In this document: positions 63,661-64,000 of the stretch, piece after piece
Layout: every line of letters begins with the position of its first letter
How positions within the stretch are numbered: the stretch's first letter is position 1
Virus record (IMG/VR): IMGVR_UViG_3300028920_000050
Span: 1 to 64,000 of that record
Direction: 5' to 3' (one strand)
Source: a virus
DNA length: 64,000 bases
Notes under the pieces: model-generated
The model's database searches: none
What the model saw: the letters and a program-made list of their open reading frames with translations, nothing else
What the model was told of the DNA's origin: nothing
Made by a program: the position numbers and the translations under genes

Positions 63661-64000
63661 TCTTTACTCCTTAAATGTAAGATCTTACATTTTAATAATA
63701 TATTGTATTAAGATCATGAATACTACTGCCACCCCCTGCCTGTCCTATTGCCATGTCTGCTGCACGCACAACAAGATCAGCTTGCGTATAAGAAGAGCCT
63801 TTGTACACACTTCCATTTCTTGCTATATGTATGTACGAATTATTTCCATTGAAAGCAGTTATAAATGCAGAACGGATATAAGCAAGTGGAAGCTTTCCTT
63901 GTGATCCATAAAAAGTTATCCACTGTATACCATCAAACTCTGCTCCCGCAAAAGTATCCCAATTACGGGGAGAAGGATGTGTCATACTAGGTCCAGGACT

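Larger units (their letters stand above)
3801..63688. promoter_or_regulatory. Dispersed palindrome (T)GTAA-GATC-TTAC(A), about 31 copies
   Basis: 12-mer starts: 3801, 7030, 9689, 14479, 15463*, 18307*, 21506*, 22526, 24740*, 26464, 28541*, 30575, 31998, 32851, 33966, 34811*, 36299, 37100, 38341, 39505, 39548, 40847*, 40965, 41333, 41355, 42319*, 42901*, 45047*, 47176, 54329*, 63677 (* = one central mismatch). Confidence 0.92.

Noticed and set aside
3801-63688. Palindrome copies as a CRISPR array, given the Cas4-like gene
   Set aside because: Copies are 12-20 bp and kilobases apart with no regular spacers; solo Cas4-like nucleases are common in phages.
459-63904. Plus-strand ORFs in the ORF track
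   Set aside because: They are antisense shadows of well-supported minus-strand genes, with no recognisable motifs.
1-64000. Alternative genetic code, inteins or introns
   Set aside because: Code 11 gives dense full-length genes; PolA, TerL and the helicases are of normal size and uninterrupted.

Overview
This window is part of a large tailed dsDNA phage (Caudoviricetes) genome with essentially every gene on the minus strand, so transcription runs from high to low coordinates. 64-55 kb holds lysis and tail genes (patatin, GH108 endolysin, beta-helix tailspike, LamG). 54-52 kb holds the terminase large subunit. 51-47 kb is a glycan-modification cluster (two KpsS-like transferases, two methyltransferases, a B12-radical SAM enzyme). 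47-43 kb is a family of small, very basic paralogs sharing an N-terminal G-x-x-K-x-[VI]-x-G-x-x-Y-x-L-x4-R-W-E-R motif. 43.2-42.4 kb is a repeat-rich non-coding gap, possibly the genome end. 42-25 kb is an early/host-takeover region of small genes under sigma70-type promoters. 25-1 kb is replication and recombination (initiator with internal iterons, SF2 helicase, primase, SSB, PolA, RecA, Dam-like MTase, Cas4-like nuclease, DnaB-like helicase). The strongest non-coding signal is a palindrome, (T)GTAAGATCTTAC(A), found by eye at about 31 positions, mostly at gene junctions, stop codons and promoters. There is also one near-canonical bacterial parS site and one tRNA-like element. All calls are from motif recognition by eye; no searches were run and the host cannot be determined.
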